From Dudresnaya verticillata (Eukaryota), in NCBI GenBank assembly GCA_977862235.1, contig OZ374561.1, positions 1,116,001 through 1,180,000 of the forward strand: 64,000 nt of DNA, given 5' to 3'. Below, one piece after another: positions 11,830-24,600 of the stretch. The notes under the pieces are model-generated. The model did no database searches and was not told the origin of the DNA. It was given only the letters and a program-made list of their open reading frames with translations. The translations under genes were made by a program, and so were the position numbers. Position 1 is the stretch's first letter. Each line of letters opens with the position of its first letter.

Positions 11830-12766
11830 ATGCTGTACAGTACTGTGCGCTATCACAGGAGTACAATAAGATACCACTCCAATTTCTGAAGAATCTCGAC
11901 AAGTGAATGTCTCGTACAGTATACTGTTCCAAACATCAAAGGCACTAGTCAAGCCTCATCATAGCCATAAGTACGGCACTTTTACAGGCAGTTAGCTGGA
12001 GGGTTGCGTCTACAGCTCGAAGAGTCAGATGACAGGGTCTGGCAGTCAAGCCGCAGTTCGTTTGGCTTTTGACGTGCATCTATGCCAAACTCTAACATAC
12101 TCCTGGGTACCACACTGTCCGCGAACGCCAAAAAACAACTTCAACAACAACACATCGATCTGCACTCTGCTTAACACACGCCATGGTTACGGGTACAGTA
12201 TTTGCTGTTGTGTTGGCGTAAATTACCTTCGTCGCTGGCTCGAAATGCCTGGAGTTCAGATTGTAACGCGGGTCTGTGCGGAAACATGTCTGCGTTATCA
12301 TCTGAAATTTCCGGTACAAGAGAAACCGGGACCCGTTTGTTTCATGTTCACTGATGAAAGCAAGCGACTAGATTAGTCCCTTCTCACCTTGTTCACTAAC
12401 TACATGCTTTGCCGACCATCTTATCTTAATTTCTGCGTCATTAATCTTAGGAACAAGAAGTTTAATCAATAACAAGGAGTCCAGTCCGCTGACTCCAGGA
12501 AGGCAGAATTGAAACTCCTATCGTTAAAGGAAGGGGCTATACGAAGCCCTGTGAGGTAGGTTACTACCAGCAAACTTCGAACAGCGCTTATTAGCTGAAA
12601 GCACTCGACAGTCAATGGGGCGAGTGACGAAGTGTAGCCTGCAGCTTGCTCAGACTCTAGATAAGTTGAGCATGTGACATCAGAGCACAACACAAAAATC
12701 TTTTGGGATGTGATGGTCTCGGGATTCTCTGCATGTCGGGCCAACTACTCAGATGTGTTGCTCTGA

Positions 12767-13000
12767 CTAGCGGGCGTAGCACGTGAAACGTTCGAAAAGG
12801 CAAAAGCCTGATGAACCGGTGTGTCTCGGAATACAGCAAACATAAGGGCCCGTGCAATCTTCGTCAGTGTAGCAACTAATCCTGGCGGCAACGTTGTCGA
12901 GGTCCACCTTCGAAGCGTCTACTGCCGTTTCCTTGGTGATCACTGTCGCAGCAGAAATGGTGAACAGGACAGCCATGAACAAAGTCGAGAAGCGAAACAT
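12767..13000 (-). CDS. Small secreted Cys-rich peptide precursor, knottin/ICK-like (77 aa)
   Basis: MFRFSTLFMAVLFTISAA (signal), TVITKETAVDASKVDLDNVAAR (putative propeptide), ISCYTDEDCTGPYVCCIPRHTGSSGFCLFERFTCYAR (C-x5-C-x5-CC-x10-C-x6-C). TATATAAAG lies ~90 nt upstream (13091-13099, minus). Confidence 0.8.
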   Translation of the reverse strand: MFRFSTLFMAVLFTISAATVITKETAVDASKVDLDNVAARISCYTDEDCTGPYVCCIPRHTGSSGFCLFERFTCYAR

Positions 13001-13688
13001 AGTTGCTGTGTTTGTTTGCAAGGTAGAGGTCAGCAGTTGGTTTGACAGTAAGGAATGGGCTTCGGAGTGTGCGTACGCGTAGGTGGTGTACTTTATATAC
13101 GTTTTGGAAAGACCGATCGGTGCTCTGAAACAGTCGCTGGGGGGTACTTTGACATGTGCTGCAGCACAGAGTAGGCGAACAGATTATTACTTGCGACAGG
13201 CGCTCTCCTGTTACACTTCCCTACGGCTGCCATTGGCACTCTTATTGGCATACCTCTGGGATCTCGAAATCTCGGACAGAATCGATCGCAACACCAAAGG
13301 AGCCAATGCGCTTCTATGTGCAAAAAAGACTACAGCAGTTTCGTAAGTTATTTTGTCGCACTGTGGGGCAAGGCGAAATCCGATATCGCACTACGGGCAG
13401 TGCTGATATGGGATATATCAGCACTGAATGCAACCTGTAATATAACGAGCACTACGCAGGATTTATTCTGTCTCGAGCTACTGTAGCCAGGACCGATCGG
13501 CCAAGTTAGATGCGGACGTTCTGCCGGCCGTCCTCAGTTTTCGCCAGTGCGACAAGCAAGTTATAGCCCCGCCCTTCGAACACTCATTGGACCTCGTCTC
13601 AAATTGGTCCACTCGGCTCCGCCTCGTGGACCGATTTGATACTCGGTCCAATATCGCGATTCTCGGCCCAGGGCTATAACTTATACAT

Positions 13689-15841
13689 ATTATACTGTAC
13701 ACTCGACCTTATTGGAGTGTACTGTGGGTTCGAAGCAGATCTTCCTCTCCAGTACTCTTGAAAGGGTCATCCCTAGCGCTACATACAGCTCGATGATTCT
13801 TTGAGAATTTCCTGCAGATGAGAAAAGAAGAAAGATAAGACAGACGCAGACCTCGGATGTTGTGGTATCACAGTGCTGTTAACGTCTGGTGTCATTCTGC
13901 AGGTCCCGTGCATCCAAGCCTATTCTGTTTTTGCTTGGACATTTATTATTGCTTCGAGCGTCCGATTGGCACCGCTTGGCATCTCCAATGTTGTGGCAGA
14001 TGCTGGATATTGGCGACGCTACAGTATTCTGTTGCTGCAGGCACAGCGCGCCTGTAAGTAACATGTGACGCTCACTTCGATGCAAGTAATACCAGTTTTC
14101 GTCAAAGACTTAACACAACTTGTTTCCCCTTGTTCTCTCGGGCCTCCTAACGCTTCAATATAATTCTAATAATGTACACTTGGAGAAGGCATGCAGTGAA
14201 CTTTCCGACCTTTTATGACACCTATAACATTGTCACGTGCGATTATGGTGCATTATTCCAATGTAGGGAGCGCATTATTGCAACTTCAAGTCACCTTAAC
14301 AGTTTTTACTGTATATCGGGCCACAATCACGACAAATCACTGGGGGCCTATAGAGCTGAAGCGATTCAGAGTCCCTGACTCGGGCCCAGAGCATGCTAAC
14401 CGGCAAATGGGAGAGACCAACTCTCTAATAAGAGGAGAGAAAGAGACCATTTTTTCTCCTTCTCTTAAGCCGTGCCAAGAAATTCGGAATTTGCTGCACT
14501 CCTTGACCCAAACCGATTCCAATCTCGTTTGTGCAACACCTTGCTCGGTCCTGGCAGGTGCAAAATTCGACCCATTCCCACAACGTGACTTGGATATTTA
14601 AAGAAGGCTGCACTGAACAAATGGTGCTTGCTGCTAGGGCAAAAAGTGCGGGCTGTTTGCCTTATTAGACAGCATGCTACAGTCTGTCCTAATCCCGTGA
14701 TGCAATTGAGTCTTATAGAGATGTCGATAAGAATGTGGAGAGAAATCGAGAGGAGAGGCAAAATTGTGTTATGCTTTATTGCGTGTTTATCGTGCAATGT
14801 TGCGCGGGCGACTTAAAGGCCCGTTTGCAGGCGGTTGCCCTACCAGCAAAAATTGTGGTAGCGGCCTGTTCCCGTTGTAGAGGCAGCGCAGTTTGTGTAG
14901 TTTGACCCGGAATTACTAAGTCTAGAAGAACGGCACTCTGCTGCGGCAAGAAAACGTTTGCTCCTGACGGACTGTAACATGGCCTGCGAGCGCCCGGCAG
15001 GCTATACGTTCACCGGGACGAGCTTGCCTGGGAGGAGATCGCAGCTATTATTACAGGCTCTAACCGTGCCCAGAAATCCCATACAGCCCAATGCCCCAAT
15101 GCCGTCCTGGCCGGTGAGCGGGTTGGCAAGCGGCTGCAACAGCACGAGCGCACAGCACGCGCGGAGGCGGATGTGCTTCTGACGGCGCTCACGATGTCGC
15201 AACACGGTGGATGAGCCGAAGGGACCCAGAAGCCTGAGCAGCCCGGCATCAACAGTACTGTGACGCCTTATTTGAGGCTTCAAGCAATGCTTCCTTTGGG
15301 TACAGCACAACTTAGCGGCGGCGCGTTACGTACGTCGGGCCTGTTGAAAGAATAAACTGTATGTGGGTTGCAATCTTACCGATCCTTTTCTTTCTTCTGC
15401 ATAACATGTTAGATGCTTTATTAGATGCCACAACTCATCCGGTACTGGGAGACCTCATACTGTACTTGTGCGATGCTGCCAAACTGAGCAGTGACTCAGT
15501 GCCAATGAAAAAGTGCATTTACCAAGGGTTGCCAAATCAGCCTTGGTAGCTAGGCAAGATCCTACGCTGCTCGTGCTCGACCGCGCTTCTCTGCTCCCTG
15601 CTCTTCAAACTATGCTCTCAAGTCCTCCAAGCCAGTCCCTCGACTTGTGTTCCCCACCGTAGCCCTCGGGATAAATCTCCCCCTCACAACTAGACACAGA
15701 AAAAGTTCCACAGTAAAGTCCACAAAGTCTACATCCAGGGCTGTCGTGCGATTAATTGCAATAGCAATATATTGCAATATACAATAGCAATGACATATTG
15801 CGTTGCTGATAGCAAATTGCAATACTTATTGCAGTGACATT
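13689..15841 (+). repeat. Third, partial and more diverged copy of the duplicated block (equivalent to ~4114-6286)
   Basis: Colinear similarity with more substitutions and indels; ends inside the MITE where the Copia LTR begins. Confidence 0.93.
15736..15841. mobile_element. Left arm of the hAT-like MITE, interrupted by the Copia insertion
   Basis: Matches 6181-6286, then switches to TGTTGTTGACC. Confidence 0.75.
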
Positions 15842-16283
15842 TGTTGTTGACCGCAGCCCCATAGGGCTGCCCGATCGAGAGCACCCCACGGGGCACAGGG
15901 AACAGTACGCGAGGACCAGTGGGGTTCGAAAGGGCACGAAAAATACCAGAACATGCATTTGAAGGGAGAGCGCGCACTGTCGCGCGAGGGGGGCTCACGG
16001 GATACTCAAAGTACGTTTTTGTACTGACTTTGTGTTGGACGCACACGCGACCAAAGGGCGCGAACGGAACTGATGAATGCAGCGGCGCTGCAAGCCCCAG
16101 GTGGGGCCGGGCTGGAAAAATAGTATATCAGCAAGCCGGCACTCGTAGCTCTACTGGTTTGTTTTTAGTTACGCGTTTGTTTTATCTTCTCAGTTGTTCT
16201 GCACTGCAACGCAAGAGGCGTCTGCAGTGTGCGAACGAAGAGAGGGGGCATCGCGACAAAGTAAAATCGTTTTTCTGTTAACA
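15842..16283 (+). repeat. Putative 5' LTR of the Copia element
   Basis: Starts TGTT exactly at the MITE breakpoint; candidate end ...GTTAACA at 16283. No second LTR is available to confirm. Confidence 0.55.
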
Positions 16284-16434
16284 AGACCCCTCCTAGCTTA
16301 GAAGAGAACTTTCTACTTCCCAACGATCGGTGCATCACATTTGCGGCGTGCCTGCTTTCGGCCTATTGGGAGATTCAGTCCGACCACATTCCGGAATTTT
16401 TCAGCTGACGATCCTTGGACTGTAGACCAAGCAG

Positions 16435-19400
16435 ATGTCGTCGGGTGAAGACCGCGCATGGGAAGAGCAAGTCGACAGCACGCCGCCTCGCAATTCGGGG
16501 GCGGCACAGCCGGACAGCAACCCAACTGGAGACGTATACGAGAAAGTACCCGGGCCTAGCTCCCCGCGACCGTTTCGCACGGTGGAAAGCGTGGACTGGG
16601 GGCCTGATACTTCATGTGAGAAGCAAGCATATGTATTCAAGTGGGTGAAAAACGCCATCGACCAGGGAAAACAAGGGCAAGACATACGGGATGTTTTCAC
16701 AGACCTACTCCCCCCAGAAACTCTCTTCTCGCGCGAGGTCATCAACGGATCCAATGCTCCGCTGATGTACAAGGAGCTCAGCGATCTACTGTACGCGCGG
16801 GGTGCGGCCATTGAGAAGCGAAGGGGCTTACAAATAAAGCGTGCACTGGCAGCTTTCTATGGCGATGAGCAATCGCGCCAAGATGCCCTCGACCTTGCAC
16901 GTGAAATCTTCGAAGAGGGGCTAAAAACGGTATCGTCGCGCCGCACTGGCTCTGTAAGGGGCGGTCCGCCAGCAAGTGAGGGGCGTCGAGACGGGTCAGA
17001 CGCCGGAAGTTCGGATCACTTACCCTCTCATGGGAGCCAGAATGCAAACAGCGGGCAACCGCCGGTAAGAACCAGGACATTTGGGAGCGGTGAACCGGCA
17101 GAATCAGGGAACGCAGATCACTATCCTCGCTTCGCTCCATACCGTCAAGGGCAGTACGGCATTGGTTCTTCCCCTGAGCGTGCTCAAGACATGGACCAGC
17201 CGTTCATTCCCTTGCACCGTCGCAACGCTCAGGCGCAGCGTCACGGTACGTCTCAGCACCCTTTCCCCAACCGACAGGGCACGCATTCCCAACCCATCTT
17301 CGATCAGCAAGGTGGTCCGAGAGGCGTGTCGACCCATGCCATCGCCATCCTCAGCAAGCTGGCCACCCGTTTCAAAGATCGGGCGGACAAGTTTGGTGGG
17401 GACGACGGAGAGAATTGGGAGGATATTTACGGGACATTCATGAACTGTGTCACACAATGGGGTGTCCCGGAGCGTGTAGCCCTCGTCAATATTGAAAAAA
17501 TTCTCGCAGGGCAGGCCAAGACGGACTACAGGAGGAAGGTACAGTCCGACCCGCATTTTTTCAAGACTTGCGAGGAAGTTAACGACTTCATGACGCGGAC
17601 CTTTCACGGACGGGAAATGCAGGAAGCCACTCTCGAGTATTTGGAGTCGTTGTCGATGTACGAGTCCGCGAAAGAGAAAGGCTCACTAGTCCAAGGGCTG
17701 AAGAGCGTGCGCGACGACATAGTCAAACACGTCAATCTGGTCCCGAGGGAGAGGAGGACGGACGAGGACCAACGTCGCTGGCTGAAAAATGCCGTCCGTT
17801 CGTACAAGTGGACCAGGGGAACCAACGCGCGCGCCCACGAGCTCGACTTCGCACGCCTGTACGCGACTGTGAGGTGTCAGGCCATTGAAGAGGATCGCGG
17901 AAAGGAACTCCGCGACAAAGACAAGGGCAGGATTCGAAGCCGAGTAGGTGACAAGTCGCTCGGCAAAGGGGTCTACTACGGGGATGTGTACGGGCGTGGC
18001 AGGGAGAACCCGAAGCACCGCCCTTACGTACCTCGTGACTCTAAGCCCTTCAACGGCAGCTGTTACGGGTGCGGCGCTCGCGGATTCCGCCGGGTCGATT
18101 GTCCCAACTGCAAGGGCAAGAAGTCCTTCGGCGACGAGGTTAGAAAGGCCTTGAAGGCAATCCATGAAACCAGCACGGTGGGAGAAATGGGTGAGCTGAT
18201 GGGCGAGCTCGCCATACAGTACGGCGAGGACTGGATGGAGCGCTTGGGCGAGGAACAGAACGAGACCCCCGAGCAGAGTTCAGAAGAGAGCGACGGCGCT
18301 GAGAGTATCCGCTTTGCGGCGGACGAAAAGGGCGAGTCAGGCGAAGAAGACGCAAGTCCCGACGAAGTGGGACCGCCAGGAACGCAGTTTGCGGAACAGT
18401 TCGGCATCTTTCTCGCCGACGAAGGTCGCGATCACCTGGAGGAACCGGAAGTGCTCAAAGACGCCGCCGCAATACATCGAACGGACATCATCCGGCACAA
18501 TGAGCTCACGCCAACAATCGAGGTGACTTCACGCAAATCCCTGACAAGGCACCGATCTTTCCAGTTCATTCCAGCCGAGAGGAAGGCTCACGACCCTTCG
18601 AGGGTGTCTGCCTGGATACCGGTGCTTCGACTTCTGTATGCGGGTTGGAGCAAGCCAAGGCCTACGCACGCTTCGCCGGCTTCAAGTACAAGCCGAAGCC
18701 ATCAGACCGGGTGTTCAGGTTTGGGGCGACAAGGGAGAGAAGTCTGGGAAAGATCACGGTCCGTCTTCCCATACCGCGCGATGCTTTCGTGGAGATCGGC
18801 GTAGACGTCGTGCGCGCGAACATCCCGCTCTTGATAGGCCTCGACGCGCTTGACGCTTACGGTCTGTACGTCAACAATGTGCAGAACGTGCTCGTGCACG
18901 AGAAAGAGAAATGGGGTCTACCGCTAACGAGGCAGGCGGGGCACATGTACTATCGCTGGGAAAAGGAAGTGATGTTCACCCTCCCTGAGTTGCGCCGCAT
19001 GCACGACGGACTGTACCACCCTTCAGTTGACAAGCTGTACATTCTCATAAAGAGGGCGCAGCCAGAAAACGCGACGCCGGAAGTCAGAAAGCTACTCAGG
19101 GAGATTGCGCAGCGTTGTAGAACATGCCAATTACACACACCGAAGCCGAAGAGGTTCACTGCATCCGTGCCGGAAGGGATAGTTTTCAACCGCACAGTAG
19201 TGCTTGATCTCATGTGGATTATGCGCGAGGCCTTATTGCACGTCATCGATGTCGATACCCATTACTCTGCAGCACGCTTCTTGAAAGGTGAGTCGACAGA
19301 AGACGTTTGGGAAACGTTTCTGATGTGCTGGGTAGCGACGTACACAGGCTATCCCGACATGGCGCGTTCGGACTCGGGCAGCATATTCACGGGTAAGGAG

Positions 19401-21680
19401 TGGAACAAGCGTATGGCACAGGTGGGAGTCGCCGTCGAGATTGTGCCTGTAGAAAGCAGCAACTCAATGGGAGTGGGGGAGCGCTACCATGACCCTCTGC
19501 GCAGAATCTACCGCAAGATCTTGATGACGCACCCTGGGCACCCAAAGGAAGTGATACTAGCCCTGGCAAATAAGGCCATGAACGATACAATGGGGCCAGA
19601 GGGGTTGGTACCGAGCTTACTGGTCTTTGGCACCGTCCCCCGGGTGGCTGCGGCGACGAGCGAGCTCCCCGACCAGACTGAACGAATAGCAATGATGCAG
19701 ACGGCGAGAGATGAAATGGAGTCTATCACCGCGAAGCTGAGACTCAAACAAGTACTGCGCTCGCGGGCACCGACGTCCGCGCACGCCATACTAACCGAAC
19801 GTGACCCCGTGCTGGTCTGGCGCAAAAAGGCCAAGGCCAGCGACAGCCTGTGGACGGGTCCGTTCGAGGTCATCAAGGTCGAAGGTAAGGTCATCACAAT
19901 TTCAGATGAACGGGCAAACCGCGCGAGTTCAATGCGAGTAGCGTCAAACTTTACACAGCGAGCGAGGCGGAAAGTGAACAGCCAGAGGAAGGCGAGCCTG
20001 CAAACCTCGGCGATGCGGACTACAGTAGCGACAGCAGCGAATTCGATTCAGGCTCCGAGACGGACAACGAGGAGCAGGACCCAGACTACACACCGTACTA
20101 CGCTGAAAACGGGAACGACCGGTGGGAAGACGATGCATACAGCGGGTACGACTCTGCTGGTGACCAATGGATATACCTCACAGAGGTGCTGCCCTTCGGA
20201 GATAAAAGGGGGCGCGAGGAGCGATTCGACAAAGCACGAAAGAAAGAATTGCAAGGGCTCGAGGATATGAACACCTGGGAACGTGTCAGTGAAGGTGACC
20301 TGCCAACAGACGCCAACGTCATGGGGTCGAGGTTCGCTCTGGCCGTAAAGAACGTTGGGACAAATGAGGAGCTCGCCAAGGCGAGGCTCGTTGCGCAGGG
20401 GCATACTGACAGGGACAAATACAACGTCGTTCACGACACGACGACGTTACATCAGCGGTCCATCAGGATCATCGTTTGCATAGCAGCAATGTTTGGCTTT
20501 GAAGTATGGGCACAGGACATTACGCAGGCCTACCTCCAAAGCGACAGCCCACTCAAGCGCAAAGTATTTTTGCGTCCACCGCCGGAGTTGCGGTTGCCCA
20601 AGGACCAGCTCTTGAAGCTACTCAAACCGCTCTACGGGTTGCCCGATAGCGGCGACTACTGGGGATCTACAAGTAGCAGGCACCACGAGAACGACCTGGG
20701 CATGAAGCCTACAGTTGGTGATCTGAGTCTTTACTACCGAAGGGTGGCAGGAAAACTCACTGGTCTGTCACGCGTGGTGGTCGATGACACACTGCAGGCG
20801 GGCACAGAGGGTTTCTTCAAGCATACAAGGAAGACAATGGAGCGCTTCAAGAGTAAGGAGCGCAAAACCACTGACGTAGTCTTTGCGGGCGTGCGAGTAG
20901 ACAAGACTGCGGACGGCGGGTTCAAACTGTCTCAATCTGATTATGCTCGAAAGATCCGTCAAATGGACGCACAGTCCACGTACCAGAACCTCCGGTCAGT
21001 CCGCGCCAAGCTGGCTTGGCTAACCAATACACGCCCGGACATAGCGTGTTCTGTGGCTAAGCTGTCGCAGATGACCGAGGGGACATTCGGTCCCGCAAGT
21101 ATCAAGTCTGCTAATAAGATCGTGGCACATGTAAGGAAGACAGCCGAGCTCGGCATCGAGATTCCAATGCTGGACCCGGAGACGGCGTCTATTATCGTGA
21201 TGACAGACGCAGCGTTGGCTAATAACGAAGATCTATCTTCGCAAATTGTGTTCGTCATTGTCATGGTCGACGGGCAAGGAAGAGCCAATTTGTTAGAGTA
21301 CTGCAGCCGCAAGTGCCGACGAGTTACACATTCGTCACTCGCGGGGGAAATCATGGCTTTCTCTGCCGGATTTGACGCTGGGTACATAATCAAACACGAT
21401 ATGGAAACGATAACAAAGAGACCCGTGACACTCTCAATGATGACTGACTCCAGGGGTTTGTTCGATATGGTAACCAGAAATAGCTACAGTGCCGAACGAA
21501 GACTGATGATAGACATGGCGGCTATCCGCCAGTCTTATCAACGCAGGGAGATCGACGGGATCGCTCACATAACAGGCGCAACCAATCCGGCCGACGCAAT
21601 GACGAAAGTCGTCCAAAGTCCTACACTGCTTGACCTCATGGCAGGAAAGATGAAGGCGAGAACGACGCAGTGGTTACTGC
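16435..21680 (+). CDS. gag-pol: Copia Gag-Pol polyprotein with two apparent -1 frameshifts (~18520 and ~19913)
   Basis: Zn finger CYGCGARGFRRVDCPNC; protease CLDTGAST; integrase HDGLYH...CRTC, VLD, RSDSG, GERYH; RT KARLVAQG, QDITQAYLQS, KPLYGL, VVDD; RNase H TDAALAN, TDSRGL, NPADAMTK. Confidence 0.92.
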
Positions 21681-24600
21681 GCCTGCGGCGGCACCAACCC
21701 GGGAGGTGCGCCGGCGCGCCCCAACACGCGTCGACGCGTACGGGTAACGGTAACCCGGGGGCGCGCGTAGGCGGAACGGTCCACACGTACTCAACGGCTC
21801 GACGCCGGAGTGCGCGCGCGCGTGTCACGCACTCAACGGCTCTGCGCCGGAGTGCGTGCGCACAGCGCGCGGGACAGCAGGGCGTTCGACCGCCGCTTAC
21901 ACTAGAGGGTGCTGTACACTTACAAAACAATAAACGTAGAAATTACATGGGAGTTTCAGTGTCACACGCGAACGCGTGTACACGCGGGCGCCACTGCGCA
22001 CTCCCTTACAGTTCAGCGGGGCTTCGGCGCCACCGGCTGACAGCGTGCGCACAGCAGTGCACACGTGGCGCAGCTGGTCTTACAGCTGCGCGTGCGTGGC
22101 ACCGCTGGTCTTACATCTATGTGACACATGGTCTTCAGTGCGCAAACGAATGTTTGGAGTTCGTAAGATACTTTCAGGTCTTCATTGTGTGCCTTCTAAT
22201 GAAATTACTTGTCACCAGGCGCAAGGGGCGACTTTTCCAAAGGCAGTGGCATGTATTTCAAAAGACTTTCGGCAGTATGGAATGTCTAATGTAGCACTCT
22301 CCCGTGTCCCGGATGACAACAATTTCGCACTGGAGAATGCAATATCGGCCGATATATTGCAGCCTGCTCCCAATATCTCCACATTCTTCGAATCGGAGTA
22401 CATGAGAAGTGAACGTTTAATCACTGATTCACACAGATAATTACTGTCCATGATTTCAAGGACAATACCATCATGTTGTTGAATAACCACAACCGAGAGT
22501 TATCTCTGGGAAGGTGAAATGTAACCGTTGTGTGGCACACGTTGTGATAGCAGAGAGTGAGTCGGCATAACTATTGATAGTCAGATCTGGGTTATGCAGC
22601 GGGTGAGTCGGCATGACTATCGATAGCCAGATCTGGGTTATGGAAAGGCTCCCATGAGTTTGGTACAATGAGTCAATTGGGGTCATGGAATTGTTCCCGA
22701 GAGTGGCCGAAAATAGGGAAAATTTCAAACTATTATGTTGGAAAACTTCCGGGTGTCATATGAACTATTTGTGAAGTGAGTACACTGAAAATGCTGATCG
22801 TTATCGTCGACGATATGCACACTGCTACCCAGATGTTGTTATCGACGATATGCACACTGATACCCAGATGTTGTTACACATTATGGGACCTGATTTTCAG
22901 TGCGCCTATCAGCTTGGGCAGCTCGGGCCTATGTACCCATTACAATACAATGAATACAATGGATTATACCCATTACAAACAATGGATTAGATTAATTTCA
23001 GATATGCATCGAACCAATCACGGAAGATACCAAGCTGTTGCAATTTGCAAAAACGACCCTCCCAAATTTAATGATAATAGTACTAAAATAAAACGGCGTT
23101 CTCTTCTTTATTAGCGAATTACTACATGCGCCGTGTGACATTTTGCAGACCCAGTTCCCCTGTGAGAGCTCCGCAATTATACTGTACACTCGACCTTATT
23201 GGAGTGTACTGTGGGTTCGAAGCAGATCTTCCTCTCCAGTACTCTTGAAAGGGTCATCCCTAGCGCTACATACAGCTCGATCATTCTTTGAGAATTTCCT
23301 GCAGATGAGAAAAGAAGAAAGATAAGACAGACGCAGACCTCGGATGTTGTGGTATCACAGTGCTGTTAACGTCTGGTGTCATTCTGCAGGTCCCGTGCAT
23401 CCAAGCCTATTCTGTTTTTGTTTGGACATTTATTATTGCTTCGCGCGTCCGATTGGCACCGCTTGGCATCTCCAATGTTGTGGTAGATGCTGGATATTGG
23501 CGACGCTATTCTGTTGCTGCAGGCACAGCGCGCCCGTAAGTAACATGTGACGGTCACTTCGATGCAAGTAATACCAGTTTTCGTCAAAGGCTTAACACAA
23601 CTTGTTTCCCCTTGTTCTCTCAGGCCTCCTAACGCTTCAATATAATTCTAATAATGTACACTTGGAGAAGGCATGCAGTGAACTTTCTGACCTTTTATGA
23701 CACCTATGACGATGTCACGTGCGATTATAGTACATTATTCCAATGTAGGGAGCGCATTATTGCAACTTCAAGTCACCTTAACAGTTAGTTGTTACTGTAT
23801 ATCGGGCCACAATCACGACAAATCACTGGGGGCCTATAGAGCTGAAGCGATTCAGAGTCCCTGACCCGGCCCCAGAGCATGTTAACCGGCAAATGGGAGA
23901 GACCAATTCTCTAATAAGAGGAAAGAAAGAGACCATTTTTTCTCTTTCTCTTAAGCCGTGCAAAGAAATTCGGAATTTGCTGCACTCCTTGACCCAAACC
24001 GATTCCAATCTCGTCTGTGCAACACCTTGCTCGGTCCTGGCAGGTGCAAAATTCGACCCATTCCCACAAAGTGACTTAGAGATTAAAAGAAGGCTGCACT
24101 GAACAAATGGTGCTTGCTGCTAGAGCAAAAAGTGCGGGCTGTTTGCCTTATTAGACAGCATGCTACAGTCTGTCCTAATCCCGTGATGCAATTGAGTCTT
24201 ATAGAGATGTCGATAAGAATGTGGAGAGAAATCGAGAGGAGAGGCAAAATTGTGTTATGCTTTATTGCGTGTTTATCGTGCAATGTTGCGCGGGCGACTT
24301 AAAGGCCCGTTTGCAGGCGGTTGCCCTACCAGCAAAAATTGTGGTAGCGACCTGTTCCCGTTGTAGAGGCAGCGCAGTTTGTGTAGTTTGACCCGGAATT
24401 ACTAAGTCTAGAAGAACGGCACTCTGCTGCGGCAAGAAAACGTTTGCTCCTGACGGACTGTAACATGGCCTGCGAGCGCCCGCCCGGCAGGCTATACGTT
24501 CACCAGGACGAGCTGGCCTGGGAGGAGATCGCAGCTATTATTACAGGCTCTAGCCGTGCCCAGAAATCCCATACAGCCCAATGCCCCAATGCCGTCCTGG

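Larger units (their letters stand above)
15842..21680 (+). mobile_element. Ty1/Copia LTR retrotransposon (GalEa-like motifs), 3' LTR missing
   Basis: Domain order gag-PR-IN-RT-RH; truncated just after RNase H by the duplicated block. Confidence 0.93.

Noticed and set aside
21681..22294. C-terminal extension of Copia Pol
   Set aside because: Read-through into the duplicated LTR fragment after the junction, not a real domain.
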